This document shows positions 52,958 through 64,000 of a stretch of 64,000 nucleotides of DNA, one piece after another; positions within the stretch are counted from its first letter, which is position 1; each line of letters begins with the position of its first letter. The position numbers and the translations under genes were made by a program. Below the pieces are notes generated by a model. That model ran no database searches. It had not been told where the DNA came from and saw only the letters and a program-made list of their open reading frames with translations. This DNA is from Eledone cirrhosa (Eukaryota). Where the stretch lies: NCBI GenBank assembly GCA_964016885.1, contig OZ024748.1, positions 28,520,001 through 28,584,000 of the forward strand. The letters are read 5' to 3'.

Positions 52958-53018
<61 letters not shown>

Positions 53019-53207
53019 CTGATACATTTCAGTATATATATATATTTTGTTATACTTGGGGAGGGTCATATTGTTGTAATAATATTGCCAGAAATAATAA
53101 CAGAACACACTCACTGTTTGGTTGGTTTTCGCTTCTGTATCTTTTATATCTCCAATTCATTTGGTCCTCACTGTTTATCATTGATTGACCATATAAATAT
53201 AAATATA

Positions 53208-53241
<34 letters not shown>

Positions 53242-53252
53242 TAAATTATATG

Positions 53253-53289
<37 letters not shown>

Positions 53290-53430
53290 CTGATAAATTT
53301 CAGAAAGCCGATACAATACGGTAGATAAAGGGCAAATCATGACAAATAAAACAAAGTAATATTACCCACTATATTTTAGCATATTTCATGGTTAATACCC
53401 CCTTTTAAATGTAAAAACAAAAACGAGCGA

Positions 53431-53743
53431 TCGATGTGTGTTTCCCTAATTGGTCTAACTGTGTAGAATGCGCATGCGTGGAGCAGTTATATTAGCCACT
53501 CTGCTCCATGGAGTTCTGACATATTATTTGTTTGTGGCTTTTGCGTGTTGGTGATTAGAACCTTTTTGATTCTTAAATTTCCCATATTCCTCTATAGTGA
53601 TCTTAATGTCTCGGCTCCGACATCTGTCAAGATGTTTTTTCACAGAAGCTTACGTCGTCATGTGCTCCTTGATCCATATATGCAGGTGGGTACTTGGGTA
53701 CTTCCGATGTACGAGTTCACAGTACTAGAACTGTGGCTTAAAA
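53431..53743 (-). mobile_element. Penelope-like GIY-YIG endonuclease 3' remnant, copy 1
   Basis: Minus strand frameshifted YIGST..LHIWIKEH...SVKKHL..C...NLRIKKVLI...KPQTN. Duplicated at 54783-55095. Confidence 0.7.
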
Positions 53744-53772
53744 TTGGCTTAAAATCTTGGTATTATTATAGA

Positions 53773-54040
53773 ACACCCCTCTCAAATTCAGCGTGAAAAA
53801 ATTTTTTTCCTCGGTTATCCACTAATCTGACCTCCGGAAACGGAGGGGAATGCGCTATATTATCCCTTTTTTAGTTAACCGTACCTCACGACAAATGTCA
53901 GAAGGATTAAAGTTAGGATAGTGTTAGGTTTAGTGTTAGGGGTTAGGGTTCGAGTAAGTGTGTCTGGAGGTCAGATTCGTCGATAACGTGAAAATAATTC
54001 TATGAAAAAATATATTCCCCACCAAACGCGAGAGTGGTGT
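53773..54040. mobile_element. MITE-like element with nested inverted repeats and degenerate TTAGGG
   Basis: Outer acacccctctc/gagagtggtgt. Inner 25-bp IR 53814-53838 and 53963-53987. Internal ttaggtttagtgttaggggttaggg. Confidence 0.6.
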
Positions 54041-54501
54041 AGATGTGTGTAATTCTGAGGGGCCCCCTCACCCGTTTTTCATACAAAGCTACTCATTTTC
54101 GACTGCTTTCTTTTTTTTATAGTTGCTTTGTTTTCCTGGGTGTAGATTCGGTTATTACCTTGCGTTTGTTTTAGATGTATCTACATTCATATTTAGGTAT
54201 TTGTCGGTCCTATTTGCTTATTTACGCACATAAACACACACATACACATACACATACATGTATATATATACACGTACAGACATAGAAAGTGCATCAGTTC
54301 ATTTGCCAATTTCATAGGAAATATGATCTTCTCAGACTCTCATGTCGCACTCCTCCCTTACCCAGAGAGAGAGAGAGGGGGGGGGGGTTGAGTTAGAGTG
54401 GGATCCATAGCAGCTGCTGAATATTGAGAGTGACAGTGGTGGAAGTAAATATTAGTAATCCAGTTGATCGATCAATTGAACAGCCTTCTTGTGAAATTAG
54501 T

Positions 54502-54716
54502 GAAGGCGTGTGGCTGAGTGGTTAGAGAATTGGATTCACAATCGTGATGTTGTGAGTTCGATTCCCGGACCGAACGATGCGTTATGTCCTTGAGCAAGAC
54601 ACTTTATTTCACGTTGCTCCTTCTACCTGGAGTTGCGACCGATAGAGAGTATTAGCAATTGGAAAGACTAATGGAAACATTGTTTCCTCGGTCCGATTTG
54701 ACGAATGTCGATCGTT
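54502..54716 (+). mobile_element. CORE-type SINE family B
   Basis: Matches 21306-21522. 16-bp TSD ccttcttgtgaaatta (54484-54499 and 54717-54732). Confidence 0.92.
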
Positions 54717-54782
54717 CCTTCTTGTGAAATTAACCTTAAAGTAGTAGCTAAGAATTGCACAGACACGTGTACATTCTGGGCG

Positions 54783-55095
54783 TCGATATGTGTTTCCCTA
54801 ATTGGTCTAACTATATAGAATGCGCATGCGTGGAGCAGTTATATTAGCCACTCTGCTCCATGGAGTTCTGACATATTATTTGTTTGTGGCTTTTGCGTGT
54901 TGGTGATTAGAACCTTTTTGATTCTTAAATTTCCCATATTCCTCTATAGTGATCTTAATGTCTCGGCTCCGACATCTGTCAAGATGTTTTTTCACAGAAG
55001 CTTACGTCGTCATGTGCTCCTTGATCCATATATGCAGGTGGGTACTTGGGTACTTCCGATGTACGAGTTCACAGTACTAGAACTGTGGCTTAAAA
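54783..55095 (-). mobile_element. Penelope-like GIY-YIG endonuclease 3' remnant, copy 2
   Basis: 313-bp direct repeat of 53431-53743 with 3 mismatches. Confidence 0.7.
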
Positions 55096-55347
55096 AGTTT
55101 GAATTACAGATACAGTCCATCTGACGGGCTTCCAACCATTTCCATTCTATTCAGTCTCACAGACAAGGCTTTGAATACCACGAGGTTTCGGTGAATGATG
55201 CTCATCGGATTGGGAAACAAACGTCTTGAACATTCAGCCAGACAGTTGCTATGCAGCGATCTCGGAAATCGTCGAATATCTAGAAAGACTTGTCCGGATT
55301 TCAAAGGAGACCAAAACTTACCTACACCGAGTTCAACGAATTCTTCG

Positions 55348-56002
55348 CCATCACCATCAACAACATCACTACCATCATCAAGACCATCACCATCACCATC
55401 AACACCATCACCACCAGCATCAACACCATCACTACCACCGCCACAACCACCATCAACAAAATCACTACCACCATCAACACCATCATCAACACCATCACTA
55501 CCACCGCCACCCCCACCATCAACAACATCACTACCATCATCAACACCACCACCACCATCAACAACATCACTACCACCATCAACACCATCACCACCGCCAT
55601 CAGCACCATCACTACCACCGCCACGACCACCACTATCAACAACGTCAATAACACTATCACCACCACCATCAACACCATCATAAACGCCATCAACAACATC
55701 ACTACCTCCATCTTCACCACCATCAACACCATCACTTTCACCGTCACCACCACCATCAACACCATCGCTACCATCATTACCACCACCACCACCACCACTA
55801 TCACCATCACCACCACCATCACCACCACCACCATCATAACCATTATCACCATCATCACCACCACTATCACCATCACCACCACCATCACCACCACCACCAT
55901 CATAACCATTATCACCATCATCACCTCCACTACCACCATCACCACCACCATCACCAACACTATCATAACCCTCCATTACCACCACCACCACCACCACTAC
56001 CA
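55348..56002. repeat. (CAT/CAC/CAA) degenerate trinucleotide tract
   Basis: Direct reading of the sequence. Confidence 0.88.
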
Positions 56003-56644
56003 ATAGACAATGTAACCATTGATGTGAACATCAGACCTGACAGTAACATCAAACGCTAAAATCACCAACCATTATCGATTTCGGTTGGTATCGAACTCTT
56101 GTAGCCATTAATGAACCGGTACAAAATCTTATTGTTGTTGCCCTCCCCTCTTTCTTTCATGTATAAGGCCATCATCACATCGACACCACATCGCGACATC
56201 ACCAACCCTACACCACCATACTAGCTCACCAACACACACTGACCTGACCTGGATCCGCATACCACCACCACACCACCACGCTACCACCACCACCACAACT
56301 ACCACCACCACCACACCACCACATCACTCCACACAACCACTCCATCATCACCGCACCACCGGACCAAAACACTGACCAACCTTGGATCAATCCTACGCAC
56401 CACCAACCTTGGACCACCCCTCCACATCACACATCAGACCTACACACCCACATCACCACCACCACCACTACCACCACCACCATCCCTCACCCCATTCCAT
56501 CAACACAAGCACCACTGGTCATTACCTACCTGTTGCCACCACTAAATATGCGATCCTTTATGAAACGCACCACCAGAACGACACCTCTTGAAGTAGTAGT
56601 AGTAGTAGTAGTAGTAGTAATAGTAGTAGTAGTAGTAGTAGTAA

Positions 56645-56714
<70 letters not shown>

Positions 56715-56961
56715 TGTTGCTGGACCTCCCATCCTCTTCATTTCCTCCACCAATATCATCATCATCTTCATCATCATCATTTATTATCCACTTCATCTTC
56801 GCCTCTACCATAACTACCTCCATCGCATTCAAAGTTATTTCACGTGACATCCGGTATTTTCGGTGACTTTTCGCTTCTTCAGCCGAAGTTGAACTTAAGA
56901 CAGTTACTGCGTTGAGCACTCTGTATATGGAGCAGTTATTGACATTATTAGTGGTTGGTAT

Positions 56962-57147
56962 TGCGGTGGATTGGCAGTATCGGTAGAGGGTCGGACGTCA
57001 TGCTTTGACGCATAGAGTTACGTCCCTTTCCATTCTGAGTTCAAATCCCGCCGAGGTCAACTTTGCCTTTCATCCTTACGGGGTCGATAAAATAAAGTAC
57101 CAGTAATGCACTGGGTGATTGCTGACCTTGTGCCAAAAGTAGAAACA
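56962..57147 (+). mobile_element. SINE family A (short form), full length
   Basis: 18-bp TSD attattagtggttggtat (56944-56961 and 57148-57165). Confidence 0.93.
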
Positions 57148-57416
57148 ATTATTAGTGGTTGGTATATAAATCGACCGGAAACGGACAAAGGAACGAAATG
57201 GTCATTTTATATATCCCCGAGAAATATAAACTGTTTTTTGAAAGGTAAAGAAAATGTTTCCCTGAGAGCTCTAGTGGGTATGGGGGATATGATTAGGTGA
57301 GGTGGGGTGTGGGTTAAATACATGCCAAGAACTATATGGCAGAGATGTGCCAGTAAGCCCCATCGCTACCGCCACCACCACAAACACCATCATCATAATC
57401 ACTACCATCATCATCT

Positions 57417-57752
57417 TAATAATAATAATTGTTTCTACTGTTGGCACAAGGCCAGCAATTACCCAGTACATTACTGGTACTTTATTTTATCGACCCCGTA
57501 AGGATGACAGGCAAAGTTAACCTCGGCGGGATTTGAACTCAGAATGGCAAGGGCCGTAACTCTATGCGTCAAAGCATGGCGTCCGACCATCTACCGATAC
57601 TGCCAATTCACCTTAGGCACAAAGCCAACAATTTTGGCGGGGGAGTCGCTTAAATCGGTCCCAGTGTATTACTGGTACTTTGTTTTATCGACTCCGTAAG
57701 CTACCTTCGATGGAATTTCAACCCAGAACGTAAAGAGCCGTAACTATATGCA
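57417..57752 (-). mobile_element. Two nested SINE family A copies (57417-57612 young, 57613-57752 older long form)
   Basis: Reverse-complement consensus with an (aat)n tail. The young copy sits at the tail of the older one. Confidence 0.88.
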
Positions 57753-57889
57753 ACAACAACCGCAACAACAACAATATCAACATCACCACCACCACCATCA
57801 TCATCACCATCATCATCATCATCATCATCATTTACATCATCACTCTCACCATATATGTCTTCTCGCTGTCTATGTTTAGACAGATAAGT

Positions 57890-58416
57890 AACAACAATAA
57901 CAACAACCACCATCATGATCATCACCATCACTACCATCATCACCACCATCATCACCATCATTGTTATCATCACCACCTTCACCATCATCACCATCATTAT
58001 CATCACCACCATCATCATCACCACCATCACCACCATCATCACCATCACCATCACCACCATCATCGTCATCACCACCATCACCATCATCATCATCATCACC
58101 ATCATCATCACCATCACCATCATCGTCATCACCACCATCATTGTCATCACCACCATCACCATCATCATCATCACCATCATCACCATCACCACCATCACCA
58201 TCACCACCATCACCACCATCACCACCACCACCACCATCACCATCACCACCATCACCATCACCATCACCACCACCATCACCACCATCACCATCACCATCAC
58301 CACCACCACCACCACCACCATCACCATCACCACCATCACCATCACCACCACCATCACCACCACCATCACCATCATCACCATCACCATCACCACCACCACC
58401 ACCATCACCACCACCA
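57890..58416. repeat. (CAT/CAC)n array
   Basis: Source of the poly-His pseudo-ORF. Confidence 0.93.
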
Positions 58417-58744
58417 TTAAAAACAACTCACACTACAATAACAACAAAGATATTTATTTAGCGACGTAGAAAAGAACAACAACAACAACAACAACAACAA
58501 CATTACTTAATCAACAAAAGATGAAAAGATTAATAAGTATTGATTGATTACTCCTCTTGAAAAGTCCCCTTCCCCTTATTCTTCTACTACTACTACCACC
58601 ACCACCAACACCAGCACCATTACCACCATTGCCATCACAAAACCACCACCGCCACTACCACCACTACAACCACCACCACCACCACTACTACCACCACCAC
58701 CACCGCCACCACTACAACCACCACTACTACCACCACCACCACCA

Positions 58745-59664
58745 TGCGGGGGAACCGTGTCAGCATATGCCGACGACGTCACCGTAGTGGTGTTGAGCGC
58801 CAAACACTTCGAGGCGATCGGCACTACACTAAAAGAATTCAAGGTGGTGAGAGGAGCAATGAGTAACCAGGTAAAGTTGCTGAGCCTGTTTCTCAGCACC
58901 TGGAGAGGCAGATCCATGCTATCCAACTGTCTTGTCTGGCCCTAGACGGACGGACCCGTTAAATTGTTAGGGGCCTGGTTCTGTCCGGATCTCCAGACAG
59001 ACAAAAACTGGGACGAGGTGACGGGCAGAGTGGCTTGCCCAGATATGGACCGAGAGGAATCTATCCCTGAAAGGTCGAGCGGAGGTGGCAAACGCGTACA
59101 CCATGTCCGTCATCTACTACCACTTGACCGTCGTGCCTTGACCTAGCCTCGCCTGACGGCACTGGAGCCTTTGCTCTTTCGCTTTTTGTGGAAGGTACGC
59201 GCTCCGATAGTCACACGTTCCATCTGCTGTCAACACACGCTATGTGGAGAGCTGGGCATGCCGTGGCTGATGATGTGCAGACATGCGCTCAAGCTACGAC
59301 ATCTCCACCTCTTCCACGACGGTGAACAGGTTTAGTCATCGTTTGCTAGACACTTTTTCCCCAGCTCGTCTCCTTGGTGGTCTAGCGAAGACCGAGAGGG
59401 AGCGCTTGGAGATTGGAATGTTTTCAGGCGCTTACATCCCTTGACCAGTCAGGCGATGCGATCGGTGGGAACTCCACCTTGGTGTTCTATAGAGGGTTAG
59501 TGGGGGGAAAGAGCGACGACGTCCTTGGGGAGACTCTGGGTGTCGACGAAAATCAACTAACCAATCTCTTCGTGAGGACTTTCGGGCCAGGGCCCATGGA
59601 GAACTTCCAGAAATCCCTGGCCTGGCAGTACTATCGAGGAGCTTTGACAGTTCGGGATAAGCTC
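58745..59664 (+). pseudogene. Internal Tx1 ORF2 fragment (YADD to pre-zinc finger)
   Basis: Colinear with 43684-44626 (VSAYADDVTVVV...FQKSLAWQ...VRDKL). Confidence 0.93.
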
Positions 59665-59719
59665 CCACTTTTAATCATGGTATCAGTTAATTTTCTCCTT
59701 TTCTTGCACTCTTGTATTA

Positions 59720-62345
59720 TTTTTTTTTCAATTATCTTGCTTTATGTTCATACGAGTTACCACCAAGTCACAACCAGTGACCTCAAGAGACAACAAGGTC
59801 CGCCATGTTCAAGAAAGAACATACACACACACATGTATCTTTAGATGTTTAGACTTGTGGTGCATTTATATTGACAGAATCTTCCTTAGTATATGGGCAG
59901 TTCCCATTAGTACGATCTTTTGTATTTCTTCTAAATGCGGGTTTCCTGGGATTTGGGATAAGTAATCATTAGACCCTCTTAGGTATCATTCCTAGAGTGC
60001 CTACAACCACTGGTGTTGTTTTAGTTCTCAACTTCCACATTTTTCCAATCTCTATCTCTAGGTCTTGCTCAATTTTTTCAAATGTTTTTATAGATACATT
60101 CTTGTCTATAGGAACAGTCATGTCAATTAGCAGGCATACCCTCTTTTTAAAGTCCTTCAGTATTATATCAGGTCTATTTGCATCTATTTTTCAGTCTGTT
60201 TGGATGCTAAAGTTCCACAAAATTGAGATGTGATCTTTTTCAAGTACGGGAGGTAGTTGAAGCTCCCACCAATTCTTTTGATGGGGAAGGTCAAAATTCT
60301 TCACATTACTCAATGTATGTATTATGCAGCTCTGTCATGCCTGTTTAGGTATTCGGTTGGAGTTATAGGACTGCACATTGAAATTATATGATCAATGGTC
60401 TGGTTATTTTTTTCATACACTGCATAATGGGTTGTATCCATTTTTAATCATGTTGGCTTGATAATGTTTTGTTGGCAGACACTGATCTTGTGCTGATATA
60501 ATCAGTCCTTTAGTCTCCGATTTCAGTCCAGAGGATGCCAACCACTGATGACTTAAAGTTTTGTCAACATCAGGATTGTTAGCTCTGTCTGGGTATTTTC
60601 GATGCTGAGGCTTTTCTTGCCATTTCTTAGCCAGTTTCTGTAGCAGTTTTTTCTTTGCAGTTACTTTTACCTGCTTTGCTTTTTCTGTGTTTCAGCAGTA
60701 AAGGGAACTTCTGAAAATTGTAGTTCATTATTGTATCTATGGGCATCTTTTGTAATGGAGTATGATCTTTTGTTGTTTTCATGTTTCAAAACGAGTTTGG
60801 TCATCCAAAATTTGGAATTTTGCCTTTCTCTGGGGTTTCTGTTTGCTGGATTTTCTAAGATCTAAACGCAGATGTTCAACTGTTATATTTTCCCATGTTT
60901 GTTCCTCAAGGTGAACTGTATCTTTCATTTGTCTGTCTAACTATGGAGCATGTATATTATGAACATTTTTCTTCGGCCCAGATCTTTTTCCAGAATTCTT
61001 GCACTTCCTCCTTGGGTGTTATTGATTTAGTAGTTATTGTTGACTTGCCAATTTTTCTGCAGAAGGTTTTTTGGGTTGTTTTTGAACTTATTATTGTCCT
61101 TATTGAATCTGGAGCGTTTTTCAAAGCGCCTTATACGAGCAGCTTTGGCCGACACTTTTTGCTTGATTGTTTCTATCATCATATCTATGTCGCTTGTTGA
61201 TTTTATATTGTATTATCTTTTCAATTTTCCGAGTTTAGTTTGTTTAACATGTTCATCTACTTTGTAGTTTGCTAAAATTTCTGTCAGATCGGAGAAGGTT
61301 TATTTGGCGATTGATGTTCTCTTGCCAAGTAGGTTTTTTGTGGGCATTCCTTTGTTTTTTTCATTTTCACTCCACATAATTGAGTGGTGACTTTAGCCGA
61401 TGCATGATAGAGATGATTTAGTTCAGTAATGTTTAGTTTATTTGTGGTAATAATTGTCTTTAAGAGTTATGCGAGTCTTGCGTATTATCCTCTGGTTTTG
61501 TTTGGAGTTCTGGATCTCCATGTCAGATTCTTTCATTTTTATCCATTCGATTATAATTTTATTTTTCAAGTTGGCGAGTTCATTCGCATTCATTTCTTTA
61601 TCATTGATGATCTCTTCATTGTTTTCCTTTTGAGTTTCATCTTGAACATGCACTCCTTCCACTTTTTCGATCCCTTCATTAATTTGTTCTGCTGTCAGTG
61701 ATTCCGCCCCGACCCTGGGATTTAAAGTGTTACAATTTACTTCGTTTTCACTGACACCTGTTTCATTTTCCCTTCGGTGACTTTGCGCTAACTGCTTGAT
61801 CTGATCAATTTCTATGTCAGTTAGTAATTTCTTCTTAACGATGTTTCTTCGTATATTAGCTAGTGTTTTTACTATCAATATAATCTCTGTTTTCAGGATG
61901 TTTCTTTTTCCAGTGGATATATGTTTGTTCTGTATTCTACTGATGGGCAGTAATTGGCAGTGTAGAAAGTCTCAAGGACTTTATTGTCTTCTCTTGACCA
62001 TTTTCCGCTCCTTATCTTTAGATTTGTTGGTGGTGAACATGGAGTGCCATCAGTAGGAGTATTCCGGTTATGGGAGGTCTCCAGCTCCGAATTGATGGGA
62101 AGGTCTGAACCATTAGGTGATTTTTCGACCCCAGTCTGGTTCCTCTCTGGAGGCCGCGGCCCTTGTTGAACCGGGTGATGACTGATCCGGTATGAGTTTT
62201 TATCCTTTGTTATTGGATTTATTTTGTTGAATTTTATCCTTAGCCACCAAGGGATAATCATTTCGAGTTACCACTCCTAGGACGTAGTGTCAACCAAGAC
62301 TATACCCCGCCGGCCGCCAGCCCGGTATTTCTTGGTCACGGGTTA
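59720..62345 (-). mobile_element. R4/Dong-clade RLE LINE, both ends present, RT deleted
   Basis: N-terminal KWSREDNK and LANIRRNI. C-terminal GLKSET..AQDQCL, IDHIIS.C, RHD, NRPDIILKD..LIDMTVP, VVVGTLG, TAHILRKIL*. TAA-rich 5' flank. Confidence 0.85.
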
Positions 62346-62364
62346 TTTTTTAATTGTTATTATT

Positions 62365-62418
62365 ATAAATGTTTCCTTAATGTGAGCCCTATATGGCTAA
62401 TAAAGAAATTATTATTAT
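62365..62418 (+). mobile_element. Extreme 3' stub of a Tx1-type LINE
   Basis: agccctatatggctaataaagaaattattatt, flanked by attattataa on both sides. Confidence 0.6.
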
Positions 62419-62439
62419 AATATACTTTTATTATTATTT

Positions 62440-62844
62440 TGGCAGTATCGGTAGAGGGTCGGACATGCTTTCCAGCGTAGTTACATCCTTTTACGATCTG
62501 AGTTCAATACATGAAACTATTATTACTATTATTATTATCATAACCAAGAGCGGTGAATTGGCAGTATCGGTAGAGGGTCGGACGCCATGCTTTGATGCAT
62601 GAGTTACGGCCCTTTCCATTGTGAGTTCAAATCCCGCCGAGGTTAACTTTGCCTTTCATCCTTACGATAAAATAAAGTACCAGTAATGTACTGTGCAATT
62701 GCTGGCCTTGTGCCAAAAGTAGAAACAATTATTATTATTATTATTGGCCGAGGTTAACTTTGCCTTTCATCCTTACGGGGTCGATAAAATAAAGTACCAG
62801 TAATGCATTGGGTAATTGCTGGCCTTGTGCCAAAAGTAGAAACA

Positions 62845-62880
<36 letters not shown>
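62440..62880 (+). mobile_element. Three tandem SINE family A copies or fragments separated by (ATT)n
   Basis: 62440-62508 head, 62550-62745 full copy, 62746-62880 5'-truncated copy with (att)12. Confidence 0.9.
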
Positions 62881-64000
62881 GGCGACCTACATAGTAAATC
62901 GTATCATCGTGAGCTCCGCAAAGGTTTGTTATTTCAGTTATTTAAAATTGCCATTTATGGAAAATTTTTATTTTATTGAAAAGGACACTCAAAAATATTG
63001 GGGCCTTGAGCCCAAAATTTAAACTTTTTATAATTATCAAACAAAAGATTTTTTCTTTGAAAAATAATGGATGACCCAGATTCACTCCTTCCTCACAATC
63101 CAACACCTCACACCGATACCACCATTGTAAATATTGCTACGTTTGCCAACACTGGAATTGTAAGCAGTAGCAATATTTTAAATTTGTCTCAGGCAGACGT
63201 TCATTTCCCGCCATTACCAAGGACTGCAGATGTTAAAGCCGCCACCACCACCACCACCACCACCACCACCACCGCGACAACCCCCCCCCCCCCCCTCACC
63301 ACCACCACCACAGCGACAACAGAAACAAAAGAAAAATAATAAATTAACTCATGATATCGAAATGAATTCAACCAAAATGAACTCTTCCACACCGAACACC
63401 ACTGACGCCACCACCACCACAACTGAAACTAAAATTAACAATAGCAAAAATAACGATAATAACAACAGCAACAATAAAATTAAGAAAACTACCCTGAGTT
63501 TTGCCAAAGTAGCAAAAACGTGCGAAGCGATCCAGGTAACTCAGGAAGAATTAGACGAAGCCAAAGGAATGGTAAAGAAAGATGGGTACAGGGTCAGCCC
63601 CCCCCTAATAAAATGGAGCATGTCGCCTATGCACCGTGTCTTATCGAACAATTAACATAAAATCGCGCCGAGTGGAGCGGGCATCCGAGTCCCAAATCCA
63701 AAAAGCTTTGGGACATGTGTGGGCAAAAAAAACCCACATCAGACGTGGGCAGAAGTATGGAACCGTGGACGTGTTCTTTGAAACACCACAGGAGGCCAGA
63801 GAACACTCCGTGGCCCCATTAAAAAGTGACGACTTCACACTCATCCCAAGCTATTGTGGCCAGAGACTTGTGAAGATCAGGGTGACCCACGTTCCACCGG
63901 CCATCGAAATTCCCTGGCTAATGGCCGCCGTCCTCGCCGGCATCGAGGCCAACACCAAAATAATAGAAATAGCAAAAGAAAAGCAGGAGAACTGGTCCGG
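62881..64000 (+). mobile_element. 5' end (UTR and disrupted ORF1) of another Tx1-clade LINE, runs off the window
   Basis: Starts right after (att)12. ATG at 63067. SFAKVAK...EELDEAKGMV, KSRRVERA, PSYCGQ homologous to 40005-40500. Confidence 0.88.

Noticed and set aside
53915-53950. Telomere
   Set aside because: Only a few degenerate units, internal to an IR-bounded element.

Overview
This is eukaryotic, repeat-saturated intronic or intergenic DNA. The SINE families and extreme microsatellite load suggest a cephalopod (Octopus-like) genome; that is inference. No intact protein gene, rRNA, true tRNA or CRISPR array is visible, and nearly all long ORFs in the track are artefacts of stop-free simple repeats. 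Supported content: (1) a young but crippled Mag-type Ty3/Gypsy LTR retrotransposon (25165-30077, minus strand, 5-bp TSD); (2) a head-to-tail run of Tx1/L1-clade LINEs, including a full-length decayed copy (39300-45345); (3) an RT-deleted R4/Dong-type RLE LINE (about 59720-62345, minus) with a candidate HDV-like ribozyme; (4) two tRNA-derived SINE families; (5) several minisatellites; (6) Penelope-like (PLE) relics, namely fold-back palindromes, a GIY-YIG remnant and about five minimal type-I hammerhead ribozymes embedded in (TA)n tracts. The most interesting signals are an (ATT)n-targeting Tx1 LINE plus SINE partnership that regenerates its own target, a cluster of unrelated hammerheads within about 1 kb, and unusual reverse-transcription scars in the LTR element (a SINE fragment built into both LTR ends, and the PBS duplicated inside gag). 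All motif calls were made by eye.
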